A DNA stretch of 64,000 bases from Octopus vulgaris (taxonomy: Eukaryota). The DNA is taken from assembly GCA_951406725.2 (NCBI GenBank), contig OX597834.1:18228001-18292000 (forward strand), written 5' to 3'. Shown here one piece after another: positions 1-12,935 of the stretch. The notes beneath the pieces were generated by a model. The model was not told where the DNA came from. It saw only the letters and a program-made list of their open reading frames with translations, and did no database searches. Both the position numbers and the translations under genes were made by a program. Numbering within the stretch: the first letter of the stretch is position 1; each line of letters begins with the position of its first letter.

Positions 1-288
1 AAAGCCTTGTGAGTGGATTTGGTAGGTGGAAACTGAAAGAAGCCCATTGTGTGTGTGTGTGTGTCTGTGTGTATTTGGCCCCCACTACTACTTGACAACT
101 AGTGTTGGTGTATTTACATCCCTGTAATGTAACAGTTTTGCAAAAGAGACTGATAAAATAAGTACTAGGCTTAAAAAAAAAATCCTGGGGTTGATTTATT
201 TGGTCAAAACCCTTCAAGGCAGTACCCCAACATGACTGTAGTCAAATGACTGAAACAAGTAAAAGATAAAAGATATTTCTATATTATA

Positions 289-459
289 GGTGCAGGAGTG
301 GCTGTGTGGTAAGTAGCTTGCTTACCAACCACATGGTTCCGGGTTCAGTCCCACTGTGTGGCACCTTGGGCAAGTGTCTTCTACTATAGCCTCGGGCCGA
401 CCAAAGCCTTGTGAGTGGATTTCGTAGACAGAAACTGAAAGAAGCCTGTTGTATATATG

Positions 460-492
<33 letters not shown>

Positions 493-697
493 TTGTGTCT
501 GTGTTTGTCCCCCCAACATCGCTTGATAACCGATGCTGGTGTGTTTACATCCCCGTAACTTAGCGGTTCGGCAAAAGAGACCGATAGAATAAGTACTAGG
601 CTTACAAAGAATAAGTTCTGGGGTCGATGTGCTCGACTAAAGGTGGTGCTCCAGCATGGCCACAGTCAAATGACTGAAACAAGTAAAAGAGTAAGAG
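289..697 (+). mobile_element. tRNA-derived SINE family B (CORE/MIR-like core), full length
   Basis: Head ggtgcaggagtggctgtgtggtaag..gggttcagtccc (A/B boxes), core caccttgggcaagtgtc, internal (TA)n(TG)n, tail gaaacaagtaaaagag. A partial copy precedes it at 1-272. Confidence 0.85.
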
Positions 698-1068
698 TAT
701 AAGTCTATACATCCACTTCTTTCTCCTTGTCATATATGTAAGTTTGGTCCCAAGTCTGGTCATTGAATCTTTCAGTGTGTATAGCAACTTGAGAATTAAG
801 CTGAGTGTGATCTAACGAGTGTGTGTGTGTGTGTGTGTGTGTGTGAGGGTGAGTGACTGGTTAAGAATTGAGTTGTGTAATCTGATTGTGTGAGGTTGAG
901 TGACAAGTTAACAATTAAGCTGAATGTGTGTGGGTGTGTGACAGTTGAGAATTGAGGTGAGTGAGACTGAACCCAGAACCACATAGTTACAAAGCAAGCT
1001 TCTTGACATCATAGTCATTCCTGCACTTACGACAACTATTGATGCAACAATATGAAAAAGAACGTTAA

Positions 1069-1738
1069 CCCTTTTGTTACCATGTTTCCATTGAAATACA
1101 CTGCCTTCATTTCAATTAACTTTGAAAAATGATGAAGAATTTAGTAAAATAACTTTGTCATTATTAACCTGGTGTTTGGAACATAAATGAACATGCAATT
1201 TTGAAAGGTTTTAATTTAGACCACTTTAACCCTTTCAATACTAACCCGGCTGAAACCGGCTTTGGTTCTGTAGTACAAGTGTTTTGTTTTCTTAAGTTTT
1301 GAATTAAAATCTTCCACCAAACCTTAGTCACAATCTATATTCCTCACACTAGCTTAATGATAACGAAGTTATTTTACTAAATTCTTTGTTATATTTAACC
1401 CTTTAGTGTTCAGATTATTCTGTCAAATGTGATGTTTGTTTATTTATAATGTTTTGAATTAATCATGCATTATCTTGTAGTTTAGAGATTGCAGTGATGT
1501 GGTTTTTTTTAGTTTTAGAATGACATGGTAGGGCTGAGGTAAGAGGCAAGCTCTGGTCAGTTTCAATATAAAACAGGCTAAATATTCTGGTCGGATATGG
1601 CCAGTTTGAATGCTAAAGGGTTAAAGTAATTGAAATAAACACAGAACATCTCAAAATAAATACAGTAATGAAAGGGTTTAACATGAACTTTGTATCATAA
1701 AAGCAGAGATGGTCTTGGGCGGGTTGGTATCAAAAGGG
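1069..1738. mobile_element. Three nested TTAA-flanked (piggyBac-type) MITEs: 1069-1738, 1230-1676, 1399-1620
   Basis: Each begins TTAA-CCCTTT and ends AAAGGG-T(T)TAA. Uninterrupted relatives are at 44317-44543 and 48704-48926. Confidence 0.85.
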
Positions 1739-2519
1739 TTAATGTTATATAACACCTAGCTTCTGTTCATAAACCCTTCTTGTATACCATACTTGATGGC
1801 ATAAAATTTGCACAGGCATGTTAAATGCACCTCAATTGCAGCTGCACATATTCAGGAATCTAAGTTTTTAGAGCATTAACCCTTTTGCATACAGATTACT
1901 CTCTCAAAAGTAATGCTTATTTGTTTTGTATTAATCATGCATAATCTTGTCGTTTTGAGGTTTTGATGATGTGATTGTTTACTTTTACAATGATATTGTA
2001 GGGTAAGTGTAAGTAGTCAGATCTGTTCAGTTTAAACTAAACAGGTAGAATATCTGGGCCTGGTCTGTAGTCTGTATCTAGTTATCTTGTAGAAACTTTG
2101 AAGCACAGGCGTGGTTGTATGGTAAGAAGCTTACTTCCCAACCACATGGTTCTGGGTTCAGTCCCACTGTGTGGCACCCTGGATGTCGTCTTTTATAGCC
2201 TCAGGCTGACCAAAGCCTTGCAAGTTGCTTTAGTAGACGGAAACTGAAAGAAGCCCATGGTATTGATATATATATATATTTATATGTATCTGTGTGTCCC
2301 TTATCACTGTTTGACAACTGTTGGTGTGTTTATGTCCCTGTAAAGGGTTTAAGTATGTAATATAGACCTAACTTAGCATGTAGAACCTGGGTGATTTTTT
2401 TTCAATCTTTGAGACATTTTAAAAACAAACTGCATGTTGTATACCATCAAATATGGTAAACATTTTCCTCATGGCTACACTTATGTAAGTCCAGCTGTGT
2501 TGTCAACTTCTGTTTGTAT

Positions 2520-3250
2520 TCTTTTATTGTCTTACCAGTTTCAGTCATGTTTAGACACCACCTTGAGGGATTTTACTTGATCATTCTGATCCCTAGTACT
2601 AATTTTTCTCTGGTATTTTACCAGTTTCTGCTTATTGGAGAGCTTAAGTTACACACACACGCACACACCATGTGCACACACACACACACACACACACACC
2701 ATGTGCACACACACACACACCATGCGCGCGCACACACACCATGTGCACACACACACCATACGCACACACACACCATGCACGCACACACACACACCATGCA
2801 CGCACACACACACCATGTGCACACACACATACCATGCGCACACACACACACATACCATGCGCACACACACACCATGCGCACACACACACAGATCATGCGC
2901 GCATGCACACACACCATGCACACACGTACACACACACACTATGTGCACACACACACACCATGTGCACACACACACACACACCATGCATGCACACACACAC
3001 ACCATGCATGCACACACACACACCATGCATGCACACACACACATGCATGCACACACGCACACACACCACGTGCACACACACACACACACATTTATATAAG
3101 TTTGTTTCAGTTTCTGTCTTCCAAATCCACTCATGTGGCTTTGGTCAGCATGGGGCTGTAGTAGAAGACACCTGCTCAAGGAGACTGAAGTGGGACTGAG
3201 TTAGAAAACCGCTTGGGTGAGAAGAAAACGTTTTAGCCATACAACCATGC
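2520..3250 (-). mobile_element. SINE family B, degraded, with expanded internal CA/CATG minisatellite (2650-3090)
   Basis: Tail-like gtttcagtcat at the left; ttcagtttctgtcttccaaatccac..gtagaagacac..gtgggactga at the right. Confidence 0.65.
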
Positions 3251-3600
3251 ATGTTCCTTTATTTATGAATGTTTGTTGTCTTGTGAACGAATTCATTTGT
3301 TAGATCACCACCACCACCACCACCACCACCATCATCATAGTCATCATCATCATCACCAGCAGCAGCAACATCATCATCATCATTTACCATCAATGTTTCA
3401 CGCTGGCATGGGTTGGATGGAATGGCATGGTTAGGTGAATGTAAATATTAGTTTTAACGGCTAAAGATTTTTATGGCGAAAATATTGAAATAAAAATGGT
3501 AAAAGTGTAAATTTTTGTTTTTCCTCTTTTGTTTTTAACTGCATTGTAGCTTCCTTAAGTACTATTTTAATTAGTTTTATATTTTCTCTTGTCATTACAG

Positions 3601-3757
3601 GTTCTGTTTCGATTGAATTGTTTTGTGTTCACTTTGTGTTTTGTGATGGACAGAGCCTACCAGTTTTATTACTTTGTACCACTTGTGTCTTTCTGGTACA
3701 TAGTTGTCTACATTACCATGGCAGCCTGGCCCCATGTCTCCAAATTGACCGTAGAAT
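3601..3757 (+). CDS. CASD1: CASD1 homolog, internal coding exon (first visible in window)
   Basis: Acceptor ttacag|G, donor T|gtacgt (phase 1). Encodes VLFRLNCFVFTLCFVMDRAYQFYYFVPLVSFWYIVVYITMAAWP, matching the CASD1 motif VLFRLNF..MDRPYQFYYFVPL recalled from vertebrate CASD1. Confidence 0.93.
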
Positions 3758-4111
3758 GTACGTATAATTGTTACCTTTTCAATGGTCAAAATTTATTCTG
3801 ATTTATTTTAGTGCTTAGTCTCAGATTAACTTTGGTCAATCAGACTTAGAACCAACTCAACAACGTTCTTGTCATTTTATATATATTTTATCTCAGACTA
3901 CATTATCTAATATATTCAACCTCCTATTTTCTTTTATAGGTAGGGCCTAATATGAGAGAGATTTCTTTGTTACTTTTTAGCAGGTTGAATGACCATATTT
4001 TTTTCCATTCAACTATGCTTCAAATGAATTCCAAGGTATTTCTGAAGTAGAATTGTATCTACTTGACAAAACAAATCATGTATGTCTTTGCCAAAACTTA
4101 ATTAAAATTTT

Positions 4112-4272
4112 GGGAGTGGCTGTGTGGTAAGTAGCTTGCTTACCAACCACATGGTCCCGGGGTTCAGTCCCACTGCGTGGCACCTTGGGCAAGTGTCTTC
4201 TACTATAGCCTCGGGCCGACCAAAGCCTTGTGAGTGGATTTGGTAGACGGAAACTGAAAGAAGCCCGTCGTA

Positions 4273-4319
<47 letters not shown>

Positions 4320-4538
4320 TTGTGTGTCTGCGTTTGTCCTCCCAACATTGCTTGACAACCGATGCTGGTGTGTTTATGTCCCCGTAACTTAGCGGTTCAG
4401 CAAAAGAGACCGATAAAATAAGTAGTAGGCTTCCAAAGAATAAGTCCTGGGGTCGATTTGCTCGACTAAAGGCGGTGCTCCAGCATGGCCACAGTCAAAT
4501 GACTGAAACAAGTAAAAGAGTAAAGAGAGTAAAAGAGT
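4112..4538 (+). mobile_element. SINE family B
   Basis: Near-identical to 289-697. Confidence 0.85.
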
Positions 4539-4859
4539 ATATATTAAATAGTCAAAGACAAATTAGATGTATTCAGAGAAAACTAATAACAGTTAACTTG
4601 TTTTGAGATCATGTCCTATTAACATGGAGAGGATCTATGAGTTGCTACGTAAGTCTTACTGGACCTTTGTTAACTTCCTTTAAATCAGTGATTGACTGTT
4701 TTGAACACAAGTGTCAGTCATCAAATATATGTATCTAAGTATGTATGTACATTCATTCATTCATTTATTTATGTATTTATAAAATAGCTGTACATGTACC
4801 CTGCTACTGTGTTTTCCCCAGTATCTCTAATTAACAATTCTTCCATCTCTTTACTATAG

Positions 4860-4936
4860 CTAACTTCCATTATCTCTACATGGTCTCCAAGTTTATTCTC
4901 TTGGCAGTGTTTATCACCTTATTTTACCTTTCAGAA
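4860..4936 (+). CDS. CASD1: CASD1 coding exon (77 nt)
   Basis: Acceptor tactatag|C, donor GAA|gtaagt. Phase 1 in, phase 0 out. Gives (S)NFHYLYMVSKFILLAVFITLFYLSE, a TM helix that restores frame between the flanking exons. Absent from the ORF track. Confidence 0.88.
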
Positions 4937-5156
4937 GTAAGTCAACATTTTATTGATATATTTTGCTTTACTAAAAACACACCTGGTCAGGATTGATGTT
5001 ATTTTGTATCACTAATTACCACTTATTTATTTATTTTATATTGTAACTAATTAGTGAACAATAGTGTAATTAGTTGATGGCTCACTGGTTCACTGTTCAC
5101 TGCATTCTGGGGAACGACTAGGCTGTTTCTGTGACTACTCAATGTAGAACAGTTAT

Positions 5157-5383
5157 TCAATTCTTTATTGCCCACAAAGGGCTAAACATACAGGGGACAA
5201 ACAAGGACAGATAAAGGACTAAATCGATTACAATGACCCCAGTACGTAACTGGTACTTATTTAATCGACCCCGAAAGGATGAAAGGCAAAGTTTACCTCA
5301 GCGGAATTTGAACTCAGAATGTAGCGGCAGACGAAATACTGCTAAGCATTGCGCCCGACGTGCTAACGTTTCTGCCAGCTGCC
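5157..5383 (-). mobile_element. tRNA-derived SINE family A
   Basis: Reverse complement of ggcggcgagctggcagaa..gagttcaaattccgccgaggtcgactttgcctttcatcctttcggggtcgataaa..agccccttgtggg..aaagaa. Confidence 0.85.
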
Positions 5384-5635
5384 AACAACATTGTTTGAAG
5401 AGCAGCAGTTTTGTTTTTCTCTCACCAACATCACCGTTGTTCAATGATATAACATAGTTGAATGGTGATGTGTAGAGGGACTGAACCTAGAATGATGTAG
5501 CTGTGAAGTAAACTTCTTAATAACACTGCTATACCTGCATCCACTTGAACTGCCTCTGCTTGAAACAAAGGGTTTCTTTCCTTGTGTGGTGGACAGATTG
5601 TGTAAAGTATTTGTAAATTGTGTGCTGTAGTATAT

Positions 5636-6150
5636 TGTGCAACCTAAAGAATACCCTCCATCAGGTATTTGCCATATTCTGAACGCCTTACTTCCCTGGG
5701 CATGGACACATTGAAACTCCGACATCTGGCAGCTGACTTGGCAGACACCCATAAAATTATCAACCATCTTACAAACAATAACTCTGAGCACCTTTTCAAA
5801 CTCCACCCGTCTAACACCCGTGGACATGTTTACAAAGTCAGAAAACTGCACAGCTCCCATGACTTTAGGAAACATTTTTTCACGCTGAGAGTTGCTGAAG
5901 CATGGAACAAACTGCCGGCATCAGTTGTTAGTTGTCGGAGCACTGCATCCTTCAAAACTTTCCATGCTTTCTGAGATTCGCCAACACTACACCTGATTTC
6001 CTCCCCTCCATACACACACAAGCATATATCTGACTCATACACTGTTCGCTTTCCAGACATTTGTACATTACTGCATATACTTTATATGCACTTTCTGATA
6101 AGTTGTGGTGCACCTGAGCACTGTATACAATAATTTCATTATTATTATTA
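5636..6150 (+). mobile_element. CR1-clade LINE 3' fragment (5'-truncated) in CASD1 intron
   Basis: Encodes the ORF2 C-terminus PYSERL..TRGH..RKHFFTLRVAEAWNKLP, then a 3'UTR and (ATT)n tail. Flanked by TATATTGTG at 5631-5639 and 6149-6157 (probable TSD). Confidence 0.88.
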
Positions 6151-6593
6151 TATTGTGAGACATAGTATTTGAAAGTGGAATATCTGCAGAGTTTGGAGAG
6201 TAATTATGATGTTTTAGATCTGTAATGTTAAATCCTGTGTGGAAGGTGGTGTATATATGAGCTTAGGAAGTGTTTATGCATTTGTGTCATCAACCAGTTA
6301 TGCTGGTATGGGTATGTGACTTAAATGGATTGTGTATGCCATGTGTGAATGGGCTACGTTTTGCATGGAAGAGGATGGATGAGAACGAGGAGTGAACTGA
6401 GATCTCAGGACACTGGGTTTCACAGAAGAGATCATGAGGGACTAAAATTAAATTAGATTACATGTGATGTGTGTACAACCACGAAGTGTGTGTGTGTAAA
6501 TGTGTATGCATATATGTGTATGTGTTCCCATCCATTCTACATATATCTATGTATGTGTTTCAGTGTATGAGTTCATGTATCGGTGTGTCTGTA

Positions 6594-6826
6594 AAGGCGG
6601 CGAGCTGGCAGAAACATTATCACGCCGGGCGAAATGCTAAGCGGTATTTCGTCTGCCGTTACGTTCTGAGTTCAAATTCCGCCAAGGTCGACTTAGCCTT
6701 TCATCCTTTTGGGGTCGATTAAATAAGTACCAGTTACGCACTGGGGTCGATATAATCAACTTAATCCGTTTGTCTGTCCTTGTTTGTCCCCTCTGTGTGT
6801 AGCCCCTTGTGGGTAGTAAAGAAAGA
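6594..6826 (+). mobile_element. SINE family A, full length
   Basis: A box-like tggcagaaacattat, B box gagttcaaatt, central cctttcatccttttggggtcgat domain, tail gtgggtagtaaagaaa. Confidence 0.88.
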
Positions 6827-7023
6827 GGTGTGTCTGTAAAGTGGTCTATCCTATCATTTATCTATTAATTATTATTATTACTCTATTATAATACAAATAC
6901 CAATGGTTTATAATGATATTCTCATGGCCTCTATTCTCCTACCTAATTGTCTGTAACTAGTTGGTAACACGGACATTTTTGCTTATAGAGTTTTATTTTC
7001 CCTTTTTTTTTTTTTTTTTGCAG

Positions 7024-7128
7024 GTCTTCTTTGAAAAAGTCTTTTTGTCCCGACCTTTTAAAGCTTTATTTGTGACTTCTGATGACTCTATACGAGAATG
7101 GAGGTTTCGTTGGCAGCTGGACAGATAC
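7024..7128 (+). CDS. CASD1: CASD1 coding exon (105 nt)
   Basis: Poly-T acceptor ttgcag|G, donor TAC|gtaagt. Encodes VFFEKVFLSRPFKALFVTSDDSIREWRFRWQLDRY, containing the conserved EWxFRWxLDRY motif. Confidence 0.95.
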
Positions 7129-8285
7129 GTAAGTATTTCGTATCCCCCTTTCACCTAATTTCAAATCTATAGACAACCCTCAATATTTTCCATTCTGTTC
7201 CATTCAGCCATTGTCAATTCATTACTGGATGAAACCTCATCTTGCCGTTCTTGGTTTATCTATGTTGGCTGAACTCCTACTTGTCCACACAGGCCAGTTG
7301 TAGTTAGGAAGTTAGGAGATATATCATCATCATTTAATGTCCATATTCCATGCTGGCTTGGGTTGGATAGTTTGACAGGATCTGATGGGGCCCAAGGACT
7401 GCATCATGCTACAGCATCTGCTTTGGCATGGTTTACGTGGTTGGCTGTCCTTTGTAACACCACCTGCATCAGAGTGTGTACAGGGTCATTTTTCTTCATG
7501 CCATCAGCTCTTGTGATGCTATTTTGAAATTTGCAAGACTACAGGCTCCAAGTGATAGCTTTATGCTTGGAGATGTGTTGCCAGAGAATGATGATGGGTG
7601 AAGTAGGAGCATTTAGCAGCTGAATAGTAATGATGAAACAGAAGAATGGAGAAGGATGAGAGAGGAATGATGTTATGAAGGGTTTTTAAGATATCAGAGT
7701 TGTTTGAAGGAGATTTGACTGCTATTTCTAGACAGGTCAAACAACTGTTTCATTGTTGTTGTTTGAAGTAATGATGCATTGTTTGTTCCAAAACAGAGTT
7801 ATATTGCTAATATATTCATCATCTTGAAAAAGAATAAATGACCTCTGAAGAGTTGTAGATAGGTTTAAGGTTAAACATTAGACATTAAAATTGGTAGGAT
7901 AGTAACTATATTGAAAAGAATTGGGTGGAGAAGTGGTGATGGTCACTGTGTTGTGAGATGGAGGTCATATATGTTATTCTTGTGAGATAGAAGTTGTATA
8001 TCTATTGTTGCAGTGTGAGATGGAGGTAATATATATTATTGCACTTTGGTAAAGAAATTGTGTTGTGAGATGAAGTAGATGTTCAGATTTTGACTAGTGG
8101 TCTGACCATGTTGCTTTTTAAGTTTTCTTCTTGAAAAACATATGACAACACTTCAGTTTATATTTCCAGTATATTTAACTATATTCTCTGACAACAACAA
8201 ACAATAAAGAAAATATGAACGAAGTGGCAATGATTTTGGTGACATTAATATTATGCTGATATTGTATTTTTTTAAATCCTTTCAG

Positions 8286-8426
8286 AGTACCTTGTATGGC
8301 ATGTTATTTGCTTTTGGTTACCAGTTACTAATCAAGTACCGAATAATAGATGACACAACACGAGATACTCTTTTTTCAAAAGGAGCATCCTGGCTTTTGT
8401 GCATATTTTCTATACTTGGTATTACT
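8286..8426 (+). CDS. CASD1: CASD1 coding exon (141 nt)
   Basis: Acceptor ctttcag|A, donor ACT|gtaagt. Encodes STLYGMLFAFGYQLLIKYRIIDDTTRDTLFSKGASWLLCIFSILGIT (GMLFAF motif). Confidence 0.93.
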
Positions 8427-9563
8427 GTAAGTATATATTTTGTTATTGGTTTTTAATTTTCTTTAACTAGTTTCAGTCATTGCTGGTGGGGCATTTCCTA
8501 GTGCATCTTGTTTTTGAGATCAAATATTACTATGACAATGTTTGATTTCATCCTTCGAAGGATGAGGAAATATGTATTTAGAATTTACTTGAATCTTCTT
8601 CCTTTTCAACATTTCGTTTTGTTCTTAAGAAAGAAATTTATTGTATCAAGATTTGTTTTCATTTCTCCTATTCTTTTCTCATGTTGCAAGTTACTTAGTG
8701 ATTTCATTAGTCCTAATGAAACACAAAAAAAGCACTCAGTACATAATATAAAGTGGTTGGTGTTATGAAGGGCATCTAGCTGTAGAAACCATGCCCTAGC
8801 TAACATTGGAGCTTGACACAGCCTTGTGTCGCACCAGATCCTATCAAACCATCCAACCCGAACCAGCATAGAAAATGGATGTTAAATGATGATGATGATG
8901 ATACCTTTACTAATTTATGATAAACAGATATTATCATAAACAGATATTATTATTAGGGCTGCAGATTGGTAAAATCATTAGAGCAGCAGATAAAATGCTA
9001 TGGTCACCTTTACCTTTCATTGAGTATCCTAAAATACCAGTAAAATACTAGGGTTCATATAATCTACTATATCTCCTCCCCCAATTCTGAAACAAGAAAT
9101 CATCATCATTATTAAGGTGGTGAGTGGGCAGAATTGTTAGAGCATCAGACAAAATGCTTAATGGCATTTCTTGACTTTTTATGTTCTGTGTTCAAATTCT
9201 GCCAAGGACAACATTGTTCTTCACCTTTTTAGAGTCCACTAAAATGAGCACCAGTTGAGCACTTGGGTTGATGTAATTGACCCTTCCCCTCCGCTTCATA
9301 TAGGCCTTGTGCCTATAGTAGAAAGGACTGTTATTATTTTACTAATCTTTAATGTATACTTTTGCTGCACAACTGAGCATAGCTCTTTTGTTGCATGTAC
9401 TTTGGATACATGCTGTGGTTTTTTTTTGTTTTGTTTTGTTTATTTCATTGTATTGAACTCATTCCTTGTAATATTAATTTCTGTTTGTTGTGTATGTCCT
9501 TATTTGTTATTTATGCTGTTCATCATCATTATTGTTATTATTATTATTATTATTGCTCCACAG

Positions 9564-9641
9564 GGCTATACAGTATTTGCCTGTGTGTGTCGTACAAAAC
9601 CACACTGTAATGATGTTCATTCCTACTTAACATTTTTACCT
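9564..9641 (+). CDS. CASD1: CASD1 coding exon (78 nt)
   Basis: Acceptor ccacag|G, donor CCT|gtaagt. Encodes GYTVFACVCRTKPHCNDVHSYLTFLP (CxxKxxCNxxH motif). Confidence 0.92.
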
Positions 9642-10449
9642 GTAAGTATTTCACTTTTTCTACAAACAAAAATTTATTTCCCCTTTTGCTGTTTTTTTTT
9701 TTTACTAAATGTCTCGGATTGGTGCATTATATTTCTCTCCACGGTCAAGTAATTAAGAAGTTTGTTTAACAACCTTGTAATTCTGGGTTCAGTCTTACTC
9801 CATGACTAACATTTGGCCTTTGGGGGTCCACTCTATTAGCAACATTTGTTCATGAAAGATATGATTTTCCCCTCCCAACAGCAGAGAAGAATCTTGGCCA
9901 TGGCATCTTTCCCACTATCATTCTTTCACACTGAGCTATAATTTTCTTCTCAGTGCATCAACATTTTTCAAGTGCATGGGCATCTTGCATTGACAAGATA
10001 TTTGACTAATAGTCTGCCAGGTGACACTCTGAGACAAATGCTAGTGATTTTCAGCTGAGAGGATTTGAGCAACCAGAAATGAAGTGCTTTGCCCGAAGAT
10101 ATGTTGCACCTCCTGGTTCACAACCATAGGATTGTGAGTTCGACTGGCTAACTACTAGGCTGTTGCTCCTTTATAAGTGGTAGCATGCTAAAATTGAAAC
10201 AAATTACTGAGTGACTGTTATGTGAGAGTGATATATGAGAAAGTTAGACATCCCCAATTAATGTGCTGTGACACTTGCATGCTATAAACTGCCCCTAGAT
10301 GTGCCACATATTTATAAAGATAGTTGGAAAATGTCAGGATATGTAGAAAGCTTTTGTGTTTTGAATGCACTGCAATCAGTGCAAGTGTATTCTTTTACAG
10401 CAAAGTGCAATCTGTCCTTTGAACTCTGTTTTAAAATGCTTTTAATGTG

Positions 10450-10665
10450 CAAGGGGTGCTGAAAAGTTCCTGGCTTTGGGTAAAGGAAAATACAGGAGGA
10501 TCAGTTAATTATGATTTTACTTAATATATTGCCATCTCAGATTCACACACTTATTGCAGCAGTCCTTCAGTTTTTCTAAGCCTTGTAAAAGAACTCAGAA
10601 GGTCAGGCCTCCACCCAGGCCATTCGTGATACTCTTAAAGGCAGGAATTTTTCAGCACCCCCTCG
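10450..10665. mobile_element. Mariner-type MITE
   Basis: TIRs caaggggtgctgaaaagttcctg / caggaatttttcagcaccccctcg. Confidence 0.75.
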
Positions 10666-11281
10666 CATGTGTGTGTGTGTGTGTGTGTGTATATATTACA
10701 AAACAAGACATAAAAATCTACCATAACACTTTCAGAGCCTTGTTCAGTATACTGTGGATAAAAAAAACAAAAAGGTTTAACATCACTGTTTTAAGCACCA
10801 CAAAATATCCTTGATATTTGATTAAATTAAAATTATCTCTGCAAATCAATTTTCCCTGGAAGAAAATAAATTAATAACTATTATAGTCAAAGGAAACTCA
10901 TAAAGATTTGTGTTGATACCAAAAAGACAGAAAACTCGGCAAATGAAAATTATAAATAGCATAAATTTTCTTGGCCGGAGGAAAGGTGAATTCTGATGTT
11001 TAAGGTAGGATTTTTCTTTGAAGAGATGAGAAGTGTGTTTAATGGCTGTAAAGGAAATTGTAAGATTGTTAGAGACAAATATCTGGAGGGTGTATTATTA
11101 GGTATTAAGTAGGCGACAGAAGGTCATGGACCAGAGTATTAAAGAACAGATTTGGAGTTTGGTGCTCCAGGACCTTCACTTTTTTCTTTTCCTTGCTTCT
11201 TTTTCTTATTTTTTTTCTAAAGTTAATGTTCCAAAAAGGATCTTTTGTTTTTATCTTAGAACTTTAAAATATTTACATATA

Positions 11282-11802
11282 CCGTAAACCCTCAAGTATA
11301 ATCTGCATTTTTTTCCCAAAATTTAAAGGTCAAAATCCCTAGTACATACTATATACGAGGTTGAAAATGAAAATTATTTTCTAAGCAATGTCCGAGTCTC
11401 TATTTGCTGTCTGGCAATGTTTATTCAGATGCATTTTGTGATGTCGGGTGCAAAAATATCTTCAGCTAAGCCTGAAAGCAATGAAGTCATAAAAGAATCA
11501 TCCATAACTTGCAGTAAACAACATTTATTAAATGTTATTGCTGTTATTACTGTTATTTCTTTATTTTCTGAAAACAAAATGCACAAAAAAGCTACACATT
11601 TGCATTATGTTATATATACAATAATAATAAAGGATGTTACTGTATACATTTTTACAAACCAAGGACGTTATATAGACCTCTTTGACTCAAGTTAGAGAAG
11701 GGGTGTGTATTATACACAAGGTTTAGGATTTTCAGAGGTACAGCCCCCTAAGAATCCCCTGTGTATTATACTCGAGGGCGGACTATACTCAAGGATTTAC
11801 AT
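11282..11802. mobile_element. Tc1/mariner-superfamily (pogo/Tc2-like) non-autonomous element
   Basis: TA-ccgtaaaccctcaagtataatctgc at the left; gcggactatactcaaggatttacat-TA at the right; internal tattatac subterminal repeats. Confidence 0.7.
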
Positions 11803-12177
11803 TACACCCCACCAATAAAAATATATGTACATGGAAATATTTATCCAACCATAAAGACTGCACCAAACAGATGTTGGAGCATGGCATGATGCAGCCCTTG
11901 GGCTGACAGATCCTATCAAATCATTCAACTCATGCCATAATGATGATTATGATGATGATGATGAAATAAAAATTAAAGATTGGAATTTGTGATGTTATTT
12001 TTATTTCATAGTTGCCAATTGTTTCAACAATCCCATGGTAACCAATCTGGTGTTTTGTTTATAAACATGCCTGTTGTTAATAATTTAGTCATATATATTA
12101 CTATGCAATGTAGTTACATAGTCATCCATGGAATTGTCCTGTCAAATAAATGCCCAGATTATCTTATCCAAACTGAC

Positions 12178-12204
12178 CTACTACTACTACTACTACTGCC
12201 GCTG

Positions 12205-12280
<76 letters not shown>

Positions 12281-12297
12281 TACTGCTGCTGCTGCCG

Positions 12298-12347
<50 letters not shown>

Positions 12348-12351
12348 GCCG

Positions 12352-12430
<79 letters not shown>

Positions 12431-12437
12431 AGTCACC

Positions 12438-12468
<31 letters not shown>
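12178..12468. repeat. (CTA)n microsatellite with CTG/CCA interruptions
   Basis: Direct inspection; explains the poly-L/Y/V ORFs. Confidence 0.97.
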
Positions 12469-12935
12469 GTTATTAGGATTGTGTAGGATATTATTTTTAG
12501 TTAATTCCAACTGTGTACCAGCAACCAGTAAGCATTATTTTTAAAAATTCCAACTGTGTATTCACAACCTATAAGTATTGGTTTCTATGTACCTCAACAT
12601 TACCCGTCACCATTGTGTTGTTGATCCAATAAGGGTGCCACCCTACGGTCCCCTGACCTAGCAGAAATAACAAGCAAATCTCGCTCAAATCACACCAGAC
12701 CATGCTAGAAAGGACACATTGGTATGAACATCACAACTTTGCCCCCACAAAGCTTTTCAGGAGGATCAAGTAAGGGTCGTAGGTGAAGAGGGAGACCAGT
12801 TTTCCAAGTCATGGCAACTGTGTGAACAAAGTTCTATGCTCTATCAAATATGGCTTATTAATTAGTTTGCTGTATTTGATTTTATTCCTAATATTCTTAA
12901 CTGATGACTGAGATATATTTTTGTTTCTTTTTCAG

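Noticed and set aside
322-519. Recurrent ORFs ending AIVEDTCPRCHAVGLNPEPCGW, or containing RPRKDERQS, that look like a gene family
   Set aside because: Antisense translations of SINE families B and A.
2514-3199. His/Thr- or Cys/Val-rich ORFs resembling metal-binding proteins
   Set aside because: Minisatellite inside a SINE in a CASD1 intron; no splice or codon support.
6594-6680. tRNA-like sequences with A/B boxes
   Set aside because: SINE heads continuing into SINE bodies; no complete cloverleaf.
11980-12486. Poly-Leu/poly-Tyr ORFs
   Set aside because: (CTA)n microsatellite.
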